In this document: in pieces, positions 1 to 9,554 of the stretch
Position numbering within the stretch: position 1 is the first letter of the stretch
Layout: each line of letters starts with the position of its first letter
From: an uncultured archaeon
GTDB lineage: Archaea; Asgardarchaeota; Thorarchaeia; Thorarchaeales; Thorarchaeaceae
Assembly (NCBI GenBank): GCA_964473825.1
Contig: CAYYQL010000054.1
Coordinates: 1-12,454, forward strand
Length of the DNA stretch: 12,454 nt
Reading direction: 5' to 3'
Made by a program: the position numbers and the translations under genes
Notes under the pieces: generated by a model
The model's database searches: none
Told to the model about the DNA's origin: nothing
What the model saw: the letters and a program-made list of their open reading frames with translations, nothing else

Positions 1-73
1 GAAAAACCTTGTTCTGACAGCAAAACAGTATGATGCCATGGATTGGGCTCTTGTTCGGCGCGTAGGGCCTTTT

Positions 74-1360
74 TCAGTCTGTCCATCTTCCGCATAATAT
101 AGAATCTTGGTGTCTAACAAGCGTTTTATTGAACCGACTCACTTTTCCATTGGCACTATTGGCTGCTGCAACAAAGGCCCAGCGAGAAACACCTGTGTGT
201 TTCATCAGATCAGTTCTCAAATGGGTTGTGACACATGAAGAACAGGAGGTGTCATAGTATGTAAGGTCGGTTCGATTGAGCGCCAGAATACTTTCGAGAT
301 GGAATTTCGCCGATATCGTTTCCTGTTGAACCTCCAGCTCAACAACATTTTTCGCCCAAAGAGCCCCCTCGCTGAAATAGTCCTCGCTACAGAAGAACAC
401 AACACGAAGTGGTCCGTCATCAGATAGTGGTCCACCATTTTGCTCGTATGCGAGAACCATTGTGAAATTGGATTCTCCAACAGATGCCCCCGTTTCTGGA
501 TCGAATGCTTCTAGTGTGCCCTCAGCCTGCTCCTTGGTGTAGTAAACGGTATAACCATCTTCAGATGTAGCTCTCACTGAGTAGTTATCGGGTAGTTCAA
601 AATTATTGTCTAGGAGGTCATAAATTGGAACTCCGGTGTAGCTGTAAGGCCCCTCGGGGTTGGGAGGTGTTACCCCGGTCTTCACGTAACCTGCAGAGTC
701 GGAAACTGAGGGCTCCGATTTCAGGTCGTTCATTGTATATGATTCCGAAATTTCCCCCACAATCAGAGTCACAGCATATTGAGGTTTTGGAACGATGCTA
801 ATTGTCTTGACGTTCTGGATACATCTCGGTCCGGCTGCACCGCCGAGAAGCTCTTCGTCCGTGCTGTTTTCGTAGTCATTGTTGGAGTAGTATCCATCCT
901 CGGGTAGAAACATGATTCTCAAGCCCTCGTCCCATGCCGGTACTTCGGTGCCGTTGTACTCGTATGCAACAACCATGTCCCCTTGGTACGACCACCGTTC
1001 AGCATCGGGATACACATTGCTGTAAGAGTATGACTGATTGTACCCGTCAGCAGCCGTTACCCGAATCCATTGATCTTCTGTCATTCCCCCCACTGCATCA
1101 ATGAGTGCTGATACATTCACTCCTCTGTAGATTCCCTGTCCTCTCACATTTCCAAAGGTGTTCTGAAACGAGCCTTGTCTCGTGACTGCTGGTAAGGCCT
1201 TGAGATTTTTGAGTGTGAATTTCTCGGTCTTAGCGATTCCAATCACTTCGATGGACGGTCCGGTTTCAGTCGCCTGCAATAAGACGAGTCCTATAACCGC
1301 AGAACCAGCGACTAGGAGCACGATTCCGAGTACTGCATACAACTTGGTGTTTGACTCCAT
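74..1360 (-). CDS. Membrane-anchored/secreted protein with two tandem molybdopterin-dependent-oxidoreductase-like (sulfite oxidase Moco-binding fold) domains and a degenerate third repeat
   Basis: 428-aa ORF with GGAG just upstream of the ATG and an N-terminal hydrophobic helix (LYAVLGIVLLVAGSAVIGLVLL). Family motifs occur twice: YRGVNVSALI/YTGVPIYDLL, AADGY/SEDGY, MVVAYEYNG/MVLAYEQNG, GLRIMF/GPLRVVF, CIQNVKTI/WAKNVVEL. Eight N-x-S/T sequons. Confidence 0.8.
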   Translation of the reverse strand: MESNTKLYAVLGIVLLVAGSAVIGLVLLQATETGPSIEVIGIAKTEKFTLKNLKALPAVTRQGSFQNTFGNVRGQGIYRGVNVSALIDAVGGMTEDQWIRVTAADGYNQSYSYSNVYPDAERWSYQGDMVVAYEYNGTEVPAWDEGLRIMFLPEDGYYSNNDYENSTDEELLGGAAGPRCIQNVKTISIVPKPQYAVTLIVGEISESYTMNDLKSEPSVSDSAGYVKTGVTPPNPEGPYSYTGVPIYDLLDNNFELPDNYSVRATSEDGYTVYYTKEQAEGTLEAFDPETGASVGESNFTMVLAYEQNGGPLSDDGPLRVVFFCSEDYFSEGALWAKNVVELEVQQETISAKFHLESILALNRTDLTYYDTSCSSCVTTHLRTDLMKHTGVSRWAFVAAANSANGKVSRFNKTLVRHQDSILCGRWTD

Positions 1361-1417
1361 TTCTCCACGGCACTATTTTCTTGTATCGTTATGCTTAACC
1401 GTGCCAGTCGCGCTCCC

Positions 1418-1430
1418 TAATATAATTTGG
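1418..1430 (-). promoter_or_regulatory. Putative archaeal BRE/TATA promoter for the Moco-fold gene
   Basis: The minus strand reads CCAAA-TTATATTA (TATA at 1425-1418), about 58 nt upstream of the ATG at 1360. Confidence 0.5.
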
Positions 1431-1436
1431 GAAAGG

Positions 1437-1452
1437 GATACGCATGCGTATC
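1437..1452. promoter_or_regulatory. Perfect 16-bp palindrome GATACGCATGCGTATC, candidate transcription-factor site
   Basis: Exactly self-reverse-complementary. It is intergenic and lies just upstream of the putative BRE/TATA. Confidence 0.45.
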
Positions 1453-1528
1453 TGGTTCATTCAATCTGGATCCCGCATTCTATGCAGGCCATTCAAGATT
1501 TGAAGCAAGATGCGACAAGACATTCTAA

Positions 1529-1909
1529 CTATACTACAGCAATTGCCTGTATCTCAATTCCAACATCCTTTGGAAGCCTTGCAACCTCAACGGCTGCTCT
1601 GGCCGGAGGATCTTCTTTGAACCATTTGGCATATTCTTCGTTCATCTCTGCGAAGTCATCCATGTTCTTCAGGAAGACCGTCACTTTCACTACATTCTGC
1701 AGGGAACTCCCTGCTTCCTCAATGACTGCCTTTAGATTACTGAGTACTGCATTCGTCTGCTTTGTGATTGAACCTCGGACAAGCTCGCCAGTTCTCGGGT
1801 CCATCGGAATCTGTCCTGAGCAGAACACAAGATTATCTATCTTAACTGCCTGTGAGTAAGGGCCTATTGCCTTGGGTGCCTTTGGAGTTGCAACGATTTC
1901 TCTAGTCAT
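1529..1909 (-). CDS. ridA: RidA family reactive intermediate/2-iminopropanoate deaminase (YjgF/YER057c/UK114)
   Basis: 126 aa with [34 protein letters not shown] (catalytic Arg) and LPKDVGIEI motifs. Confidence 0.95.
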   Translation of the reverse strand: MTREIVATPKAPKAIGPYSQAVKIDNLVFCSGQIPMDPRTGELVRGSITKQTNAVLSNLKAVIEEAGSSLQNVVKVTVFLKNMDDFAEMNEEYAKWFKEDPPARAAVEVARLPKDVGIEIQAIAVV

Positions 1910-1964
1910 ATTGAATCATCCGGATTCTGAAGGACGCTAGGCTTTAGTCTATCGGTCCGTCTGA

Positions 1965-4112
<2,148 letters not shown>

Positions 4113-4135
4113 ATACCTGACAGGTGGTGAATTTG

Positions 4136-5011
4136 ATGCAAGATGTCATTAGACCCCTCAGACGAAATGATGTCCCCGCAATAGTTGAGATGACGAAGAA
4201 CGTTTGGGGTGGGAACGACTATGTTCCAGTGGCATTGCAGCAATGGATGAGGGATTCATCTTCTCATTCATATGTCATTAAGAGAAAGGGAGAAGTTGTG
4301 TCTGTTGCAAATCTTCGAATGATGGATGCCCATCGGACCGCATGGATGGAGGGTATCCGTGTGCATCCTGATGTTAGAAGTGAAGGGCTAGGGCATCGGC
4401 TGACTGAATATATGATAGATCAGGCGAAGGCAATGAACGCGAAACGAGTGCGTCTCATCACTGCATATCGAAACGAAGGTGCTGTGAAACTTGCTACAAG
4501 TGCAGGCCTGAAGCCCATAACGTCAATGCAGTCTTTCTGGAAGGAGGCCATCTCCGAAATCAAGTGGTGCGTTGAAAACACTGATGTCAGTGAGATAGAT
4601 TACACTGCCTTGGCGACTGTTTTAGAGAATCAGCCCGCACTGATCCCTGAAGATGTCCTGATTTATCATTGGGATGCCGTTGACACTGATTTAATTGGTC
4701 TTGAATCTGCATCGGCCGAAACCGGATTTTGGGCAACTGAAGATGATGGGAAAATCGTCGCTGTATCCACTGGCTTGGCTTTCGACAGTCCGAGAGAAAG
4801 AGAATGGTTTGCTACACTCTATCCGCTGAACCCCTCTGCGTTTCTTCAGTCGTTCTCTCATCATCTATCACTTGCTGTGGAGAACCAATGTGACTTAGTC
4901 ATCTGCACTCATCCACCCCAATACAAGAGCCTGTACGATGATGTGGAAATGTTGAGAGATCGAGCTCACGAGATTGAAATCGGCCTGTTTGAGCGAATCT
5001 TGAGCCACTGA
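4136..5011 (+). CDS. GNAT family N-acetyltransferase (NAT16/histidine N-acetyltransferase-like two-domain architecture)
   Basis: WGGNDYVP N-terminal motif, WMEGIRVHPDVRSEGLG acetyl-CoA motif A and RNEGAVKL. GGTGGTGA SD at 4123-4130 favours ATG 4136 over the ORF-track GTG 4124. Confidence 0.85.
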   Translation: MQDVIRPLRRNDVPAIVEMTKNVWGGNDYVPVALQQWMRDSSSHSYVIKRKGEVVSVANLRMMDAHRTAWMEGIRVHPDVRSEGLGHRLTEYMIDQAKAMNAKRVRLITAYRNEGAVKLATSAGLKPITSMQSFWKEAISEIKWCVENTDVSEIDYTALATVLENQPALIPEDVLIYHWDAVDTDLIGLESASAETGFWATEDDGKIVAVSTGLAFDSPREREWFATLYPLNPSAFLQSFSHHLSLAVENQCDLVICTHPPQYKSLYDDVEMLRDRAHEIEIGLFERILSH

Positions 5012-5046
5012 TTTGCTCATGGTGAATCACTCATAGCCGAGAAAGG

Positions 5047-6336
5047 TCATCTATTGCTGGCTGGGATTCTTGCCTCGGCATTGCGAGCGTCCCAATAGTC
5101 CAGATACTCCTCTACCTCGACATCAATGTCCTTCAAGTTGGCCAATAGAGTGTCGAGGGCGTTCTCATGTTCGGGAACAATCTCATGCATTGCACTCGCT
5201 CCGCGGCTCTTTTTGAACTCTGCTCTGATTCTTCCCTGATACTCAGAGATGGTTTGACGTACTGACTCTCGGGAACTGGCAAAGCTCAGTGAGAGTTCTC
5301 TCTTTGCAGATTCTCTTCTCCACCAGTAGCTCTCCTGCGAGAAGGTTTCGCCCCCAACGCTAAATGCTTCATATACCTCAGGGGAATCGAATCCAAATGG
5401 CCAATAGACCGCCGAACATGGATTCGCCGCTGCAGTAAACCAGTGCGTCTGTTGGTTTCCCAGTTCAGATATCTGGCTGCCCGTTGCAGAGTAGCCATTA
5501 TCGTGACTCGCGTGTTGACAGATGGCTGCAACCTCTTGATTCCAAGGGGTCCAATCGTCAGGATGATGGCGCAGAATCATCGCCATCTTTTCCCAGTTCA
5601 TCTCGCCTTCCATCTCGAGAAGATATCCGTTGGAACACTGAAGTCGATCATCGCATCGCGATATGTATCTCATGGCTTCGTTACCGTATACAGTAGCGAA
5701 GTCGAATTCCTCATCCTCATCATACCATCCCATCTTCACTGCATGTTCCACGATGTCATCCGACCCACAATCCCAATGCTCGTGGATGGTATAGCCGTTT
5801 GAGATAGCGCGAATGTTCTTCACGCATTCAGCAACCCATCTCTGTCTTGAAGTCTCGAGAACCCATGCCTCGTCTTGGTCGGCAATCATGAAGCTGTTGT
5901 GGTACATCATCATCCCACCCAGCTCGCACACACCTCCCTGCCCATATTCCTCAAGGAGACTCGTAATCACATCTAGTGCTTCTTTTGCAGAAGTAGCTCT
6001 CTCTAGGCCAAGACGAACAAGATCCATTCCCAGCAGACCAGTTTCAGGCACTTCTTCCTTTGAAAAGACTGCCTCGTTACCAATCACAACTCCATGTTCA
6101 TTTGCACCCATTTCAGCTCCCCAGACCCAGAAGGGGCACGAAAGAAACACCGCAGCAGTCTTCGTTGACTGAGGAATCATTATGTAGCTGCAACGAACCT
6201 CCGATCCTGCCTCATGTTCTGTTTGCGCTACGAATCTGATGACCTGTGCCTCGTTGGGAGGTCTGTCACTGTTCTTTCCCCAGATGCTGTTTCCGTTCTC
6301 AGTGGCATTTCCCAGAGCTACTAATGTATCACACAA
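5047..6336 (-). CDS. Secernin-like peptidase C69 family (N-terminal Cys nucleophile hydrolase)
   Basis: CDTLVA N-terminus, GKNSDRPPNE, WGAEMGANEHGVVIGNEAVF, GMDLVRLGLERA, YHNSFMIAD..AWVLET, ISN and ICQH motifs. The probable start is TTG 6336 after a GGTGGAG SD, giving M-C-D-T; the ORF-track start is 6348. Confidence 0.9.
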   Translation of the reverse strand: MCDTLVALGNATENGNSIWGKNSDRPPNEAQVIRFVAQTEHEAGSEVRCSYIMIPQSTKTAAVFLSCPFWVWGAEMGANEHGVVIGNEAVFSKEEVPETGLLGMDLVRLGLERATSAKEALDVITSLLEEYGQGGVCELGGMMMYHNSFMIADQDEAWVLETSRQRWVAECVKNIRAISNGYTIHEHWDCGSDDIVEHAVKMGWYDEDEEFDFATVYGNEAMRYISRCDDRLQCSNGYLLEMEGEMNWEKMAMILRHHPDDWTPWNQEVAAICQHASHDNGYSATGSQISELGNQQTHWFTAAANPCSAVYWPFGFDSPEVYEAFSVGGETFSQESYWWRRESAKRELSLSFASSRESVRQTISEYQGRIRAEFKKSRGASAMHEIVPEHENALDTLLANLKDIDVEVEEYLDYWDARNAEARIPASNR

Positions 6337-6368
6337 TCTCTCCACCACAGTATTGTGAAATCACTCAG

Positions 6369-7232
6369 TTATACGTCCGATGATGGTTGCTTAGCAGCAT
6401 AATCCGCTGATACTGCCTCTAAGCGCAAATAGGGAAAATTCTTTCCTTCGAGCGTCCACGCGGCTTCAATCTCAGTCGGGACCTGTACTCCATCCATCTC
6501 TTTGTAGTCAGAATACCGCAAGGTCCATGGAATCTGTTCAAACCCTTCGTCTGTTTCTCGGTAGCGTTCAGTTGTTGCAAACTCGGTTATTCTCCCGTCC
6601 GTATCGAAGACAAAGACCCCGGAGGCTCTGATACTGCCAGCTTTTGCAGAGACCCTCACCGAGTTGCCGCTTTCCTGTGTCCATTCCAGTTCGTGATTAT
6701 AGATGATTGATGCGGGATACCATGGGATTTCTGAGAGATATCTTACAATCATCGATGTGGTGATTTCTGGACCGCTTCGATTCTCCATGTTCCTAGAGTA
6801 AGCAGGTTTCAGAAGCATGGATCCCTCCCCCTCAATGAGTTTGTCCCTCGCAGAAACCGTGAATCTCGTTTCTGGATTCAAGAAAGCGCTCCAGATGAAC
6901 GCGAATTCCGAGAGAAGGGCGTGAGAATCTGATTCCATAGGGAACCAACCCGATTCATCTCCTAGACGAAACTCGCCAAGGTGTGAGATATGTACATGGT
7001 CATTAAACTGCTTGTCCGGATCGAGCATATCGCTGGCATACGACCGTACTAGCGGTGGGAGTGAGTCTATGTCAACTCGCTCCATCTGTTGTGCACTCTT
7101 TGTTCTTTGATCAAGGGTTTCTATTTCCCGTTCGAGCATAGACTGAAACTGCTTGTCCGTTCGTCTTGCGAAGTAGCAGAATACGGAAAGGGACCCGATT
7201 ATTACGGATACAAGAATGACTATTTCAAGCAT
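6369..7232 (-). CDS. DUF6544/DUF6920-like membrane-anchored protein of unknown function
   Basis: 287 aa with an N-terminal TM helix. LPPLVRSY, FIWSA, RDKL..GEG, RYLSEIPWYPA, ERY..PW and DG..VPT.IEAAW motifs are recalled as typical of this family. GTGAT SD before the ATG. Confidence 0.7.
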   Translation of the reverse strand: MLEIVILVSVIIGSLSVFCYFARRTDKQFQSMLEREIETLDQRTKSAQQMERVDIDSLPPLVRSYASDMLDPDKQFNDHVHISHLGEFRLGDESGWFPMESDSHALLSEFAFIWSAFLNPETRFTVSARDKLIEGEGSMLLKPAYSRNMENRSGPEITTSMIVRYLSEIPWYPASIIYNHELEWTQESGNSVRVSAKAGSIRASGVFVFDTDGRITEFATTERYRETDEGFEQIPWTLRYSDYKEMDGVQVPTEIEAAWTLEGKNFPYLRLEAVSADYAAKQPSSDV

Positions 7233-7299
7233 GAATCACAACTCTGGCCGGGAGCTTGAATGCTAAGTGAGTTATGAGTCTTCTTACCGTCGCGCTTGT

Positions 7300-8034
7300 T
7301 TAAGATCCATCCCGGTGTTTGTTTAGCCATTCATCAAGATAGACTGACTCCAAATCTGTACATTCTTTTAGTCCCTTGCCTGTCATCCCATCAACGAGGG
7401 TCTTTGTGCTGACCACAGTCTCTCGGTCCTTGGATGCCAGTGTCTTGGTGAACTCTGTTGCATATGCCAGGAGCTCATCTTTGGGGAGGATTCTGTCAGC
7501 GAGCCCAATTCGGTACGCCTCTTGTGCGTTGATCTTTCTCCCTGTGAGGAGTATGTCTTTTGTGTGGGCAGGACCCACGAGCGCGATAAGATTCGACGCA
7601 GCACCTGCCCCTGGGAATATCGACAGGTCAACCTCTGGCAGTCTAAAGATTGCGTCCTCCGAAAAGAAGCGAAAGTCACATGCAGTTGCCAGTATCGCGC
7701 CGAATCCCACAGCATACCCATTAATCGCAGCGACGGTCAGACAGTTTCTTGCATACCTGACATGCTGAATGGCGGTTTCGAGCAATTTGAAGAAGTCGTA
7801 ATGTGACTTGCCTTTGAGTGATTGAACCGTCTTCAAGTCAAAGCCAGCAGAGAATGACCTGTCCCCTTCACCCGTGAACATAATGCACGCAATTTGTGGG
7901 TCATCTGTCAGTGTGGATACTTTGTTCTCGAAATCTTCAAGCATCTCTTTTGTGACCGAGTTCATCTTCTCTTCTCGGGATATCGTTACTTTCGCTACCT
8001 CGTTCTCAATTTCGACTTCAATGGTTCCATTCAA
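7300..8034 (-). CDS. Enoyl-CoA hydratase/isomerase (crotonase superfamily) protein
   Basis: TISREEKMNS, FTGEGDRSFSAGFDL, VAAINGYAVGFG, ACDFR, FRLPEVDL, LTGRKINAQEAYRIGL. The family-like sequence begins at TTG 8034 after GGGAG. The ORF-track GTG 8139 overlaps the upstream stop and adds 35 non-family residues. Confidence 0.9.
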   Translation of the reverse strand: MNGTIEVEIENEVAKVTISREEKMNSVTKEMLEDFENKVSTLTDDPQIACIMFTGEGDRSFSAGFDLKTVQSLKGKSHYDFFKLLETAIQHVRYARNCLTVAAINGYAVGFGAILATACDFRFFSEDAIFRLPEVDLSIFPGAGAASNLIALVGPAHTKDILLTGRKINAQEAYRIGLADRILPKDELLAYATEFTKTLASKDRETVVSTKTLVDGMTGKGLKECTDLESVYLDEWLNKHRDGS

Positions 8035-8135
8035 GCTGGCTCTCTCCCAGAATCGTTCAGTTTCTGGACCAAAGTCATCAAAATATGTCTTTTTGGAACT
8101 GGCACGTTCCAAGTGACAACGTCGAATCCTGCATA

Positions 8136-8558
8136 TCACTTGCAGGCTGAACAGTCTTCTTCCACATGTTCACAGTGTTCCCTATGAACCTCACAGATGA
8201 CCCCGGCATCTCTGAGCACATCAATCAGTCTATTGATCTCTCGCGTCATCGTTTCGTAGACCATCTCCCCCGCTTCACGGTCTTCCCATGTTTTGATGAT
8301 GACATCTGCAGACTTGTTCACTTCCAGCATAAGTTCGTTGGGGATTTCAATCTGGTCTCCTCTTGATCTCTTGGAGCGCTTCAGCTTGTATTGCGTTATG
8401 GCAGGTTCCGTTACACCAAGCATCTTGGCTATCGTCTTCTGGGGAATCTCTCTGTCTATCATAATTCGGGTCAGTTCTCTCCTGATAGCAGGAATGATAT
8501 ACCACACTTCAACTTCTTGAGGCATCAACCAAGTCCGCTTTTTGCTCCTTCTCGGCAT
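8136..8558 (-). CDS. Archaeal predicted HTH transcriptional regulator (COG2522-like) with Cys/His-rich C-terminus
   Basis: MPQEVEVWYIIPAIRREL, HTH PQKTIAKMLGVTEPAITQY..K..RG and C-terminal ICEVHREHC..DCSAC. The start is probably ATG 8558 after GGTGG; the ORF-track start is 8570. Confidence 0.8.
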   Translation of the reverse strand: MPRRSKKRTWLMPQEVEVWYIIPAIRRELTRIMIDREIPQKTIAKMLGVTEPAITQYKLKRSKRSRGDQIEIPNELMLEVNKSADVIIKTWEDREAGEMVYETMTREINRLIDVLRDAGVICEVHREHCEHVEEDCSACK

Positions 8559-8695
8559 AGTAACCACCATAGTGACTTATCATGATTCAATTCGATATTG
8601 TTAAGGCCGGCCTAATAAGGATGGTGGCTATGGCACCCAAGTGTGCGAGTCCCATAAACTGATATTCGTGGCATCAGGACACGACAATCCCGGAG

Positions 8696-9448
8696 ATGAG
8701 TGACTTGCCTGACGATGCACTCAAGGATGTACCAAGACTCATAGTCAATTCAAAGTATCTGATTGCACTGACGGGTGCTGGAATATCGAAGGAGTCTGAT
8801 GTACCCACTTTTAGAGGAGAAGACGGACTCTGGCATGAATACGATGCGATGAATCTTGCAACTCCTCAAGCATTTCAGCGGAATCCGAATCTAGTCTGGG
8901 AGTGGTATTCATGGCGTCAGAGTCTGATTGCAGACTGCAGTCCCAACGCCGCACACAAGATCTTGGCGAAATGGGAACAGATGAGTCTTCTCAAAGCTAT
9001 CATTACACAGAACGTTGACGGGCTTCATTACCGCGCGGGGTCTCGAAGAGTCATGAAAGTACACGGAGATCTATGGGCTACGAGATGTACATCCTGTGAC
9101 TACAGTGGTCGTCTAAGCAGGCCAGCTGAAGGGATTCCCTCCTGCCCGCAGTGTGGCTCCAGCCTTCGGCCTGATGTTGTCTGGTTTGGTGAGAGTCTTG
9201 ATCCTTCAGTGATGTCTGATGTATACAGTGAACTTGGCCGAGCCGATACTTGTCTCGTGATAGGAACCTCTGCACTCGTTCAACCCGCCGCGTCTTTTCC
9301 GCTTATGATCAAGCGCAATGGTGGCGCAGTGGTTGAGATCAATATTGAAACGACTCCATTGACACAGCACGCAGATTATCATTTGTCCGGTAAGGCTGGA
9401 GAAGTATTGCCAGAAATAGATGAACATCTTCAGTCGTACATTGACTAG
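8696..9448 (+). CDS. cobB: NAD-dependent protein deacylase, class III sirtuin (Sir2/CobB)
   Basis: LTGAGISKES, PTFRG, WYSWR (Y-x-x-R acyl pocket), TQNVDGLH, HG, zinc site CTSC..CPQC, LRPDVVWFGE and GTSALVQPAA. Confidence 0.93.
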   Translation: MSDLPDDALKDVPRLIVNSKYLIALTGAGISKESDVPTFRGEDGLWHEYDAMNLATPQAFQRNPNLVWEWYSWRQSLIADCSPNAAHKILAKWEQMSLLKAIITQNVDGLHYRAGSRRVMKVHGDLWATRCTSCDYSGRLSRPAEGIPSCPQCGSSLRPDVVWFGESLDPSVMSDVYSELGRADTCLVIGTSALVQPAASFPLMIKRNGGAVVEINIETTPLTQHADYHLSGKAGEVLPEIDEHLQSYID

Positions 9449-9554
9449 TCTATCATCCTACATTACAGGATTACCTGACAGACACCTTTCCAGATTCGCA
9501 TGTCGGGAAGAGATAAATGTGCGTGGAAGCGTGTTCGTGCAGAGGTAACGAGCA

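Noticed and set aside
1365-1405. Possible Moco riboswitch or ModE-like site in the leader of the Moco-fold gene (GGCAC..GTGCC inverted repeat; ATCGTTATG..TAAC)
   Set aside because: The leader is too short for a Moco riboswitch, one repeat arm lies at or before the predicted TSS, and only one ModE-like half-site is present.
1182-1859. 225-aa plus-strand ORF
   Set aside because: Antisense shadow of ridA and the Moco-fold gene, with no recognisable motifs.
4895-5020. 41-codon minus-strand ORF with an SD-like sequence
   Set aside because: Almost wholly antisense to the GNAT 3' end, with no recognisable features.
8035-8139. 35-aa N-terminal extension of the crotonase via GTGA overlap with the regulator stop
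   Set aside because: The sequence is not crotonase-like and an SD-supported TTG exists at 8034. Translational coupling cannot be fully excluded.
8696-9448. Sir2 as an anti-phage NADase (Thoeris/DSR/Sir2-HerA/pAgo-type defence)
   Set aside because: It is a canonical stand-alone zinc-binding class III deacylase with no defence partner genes nearby.
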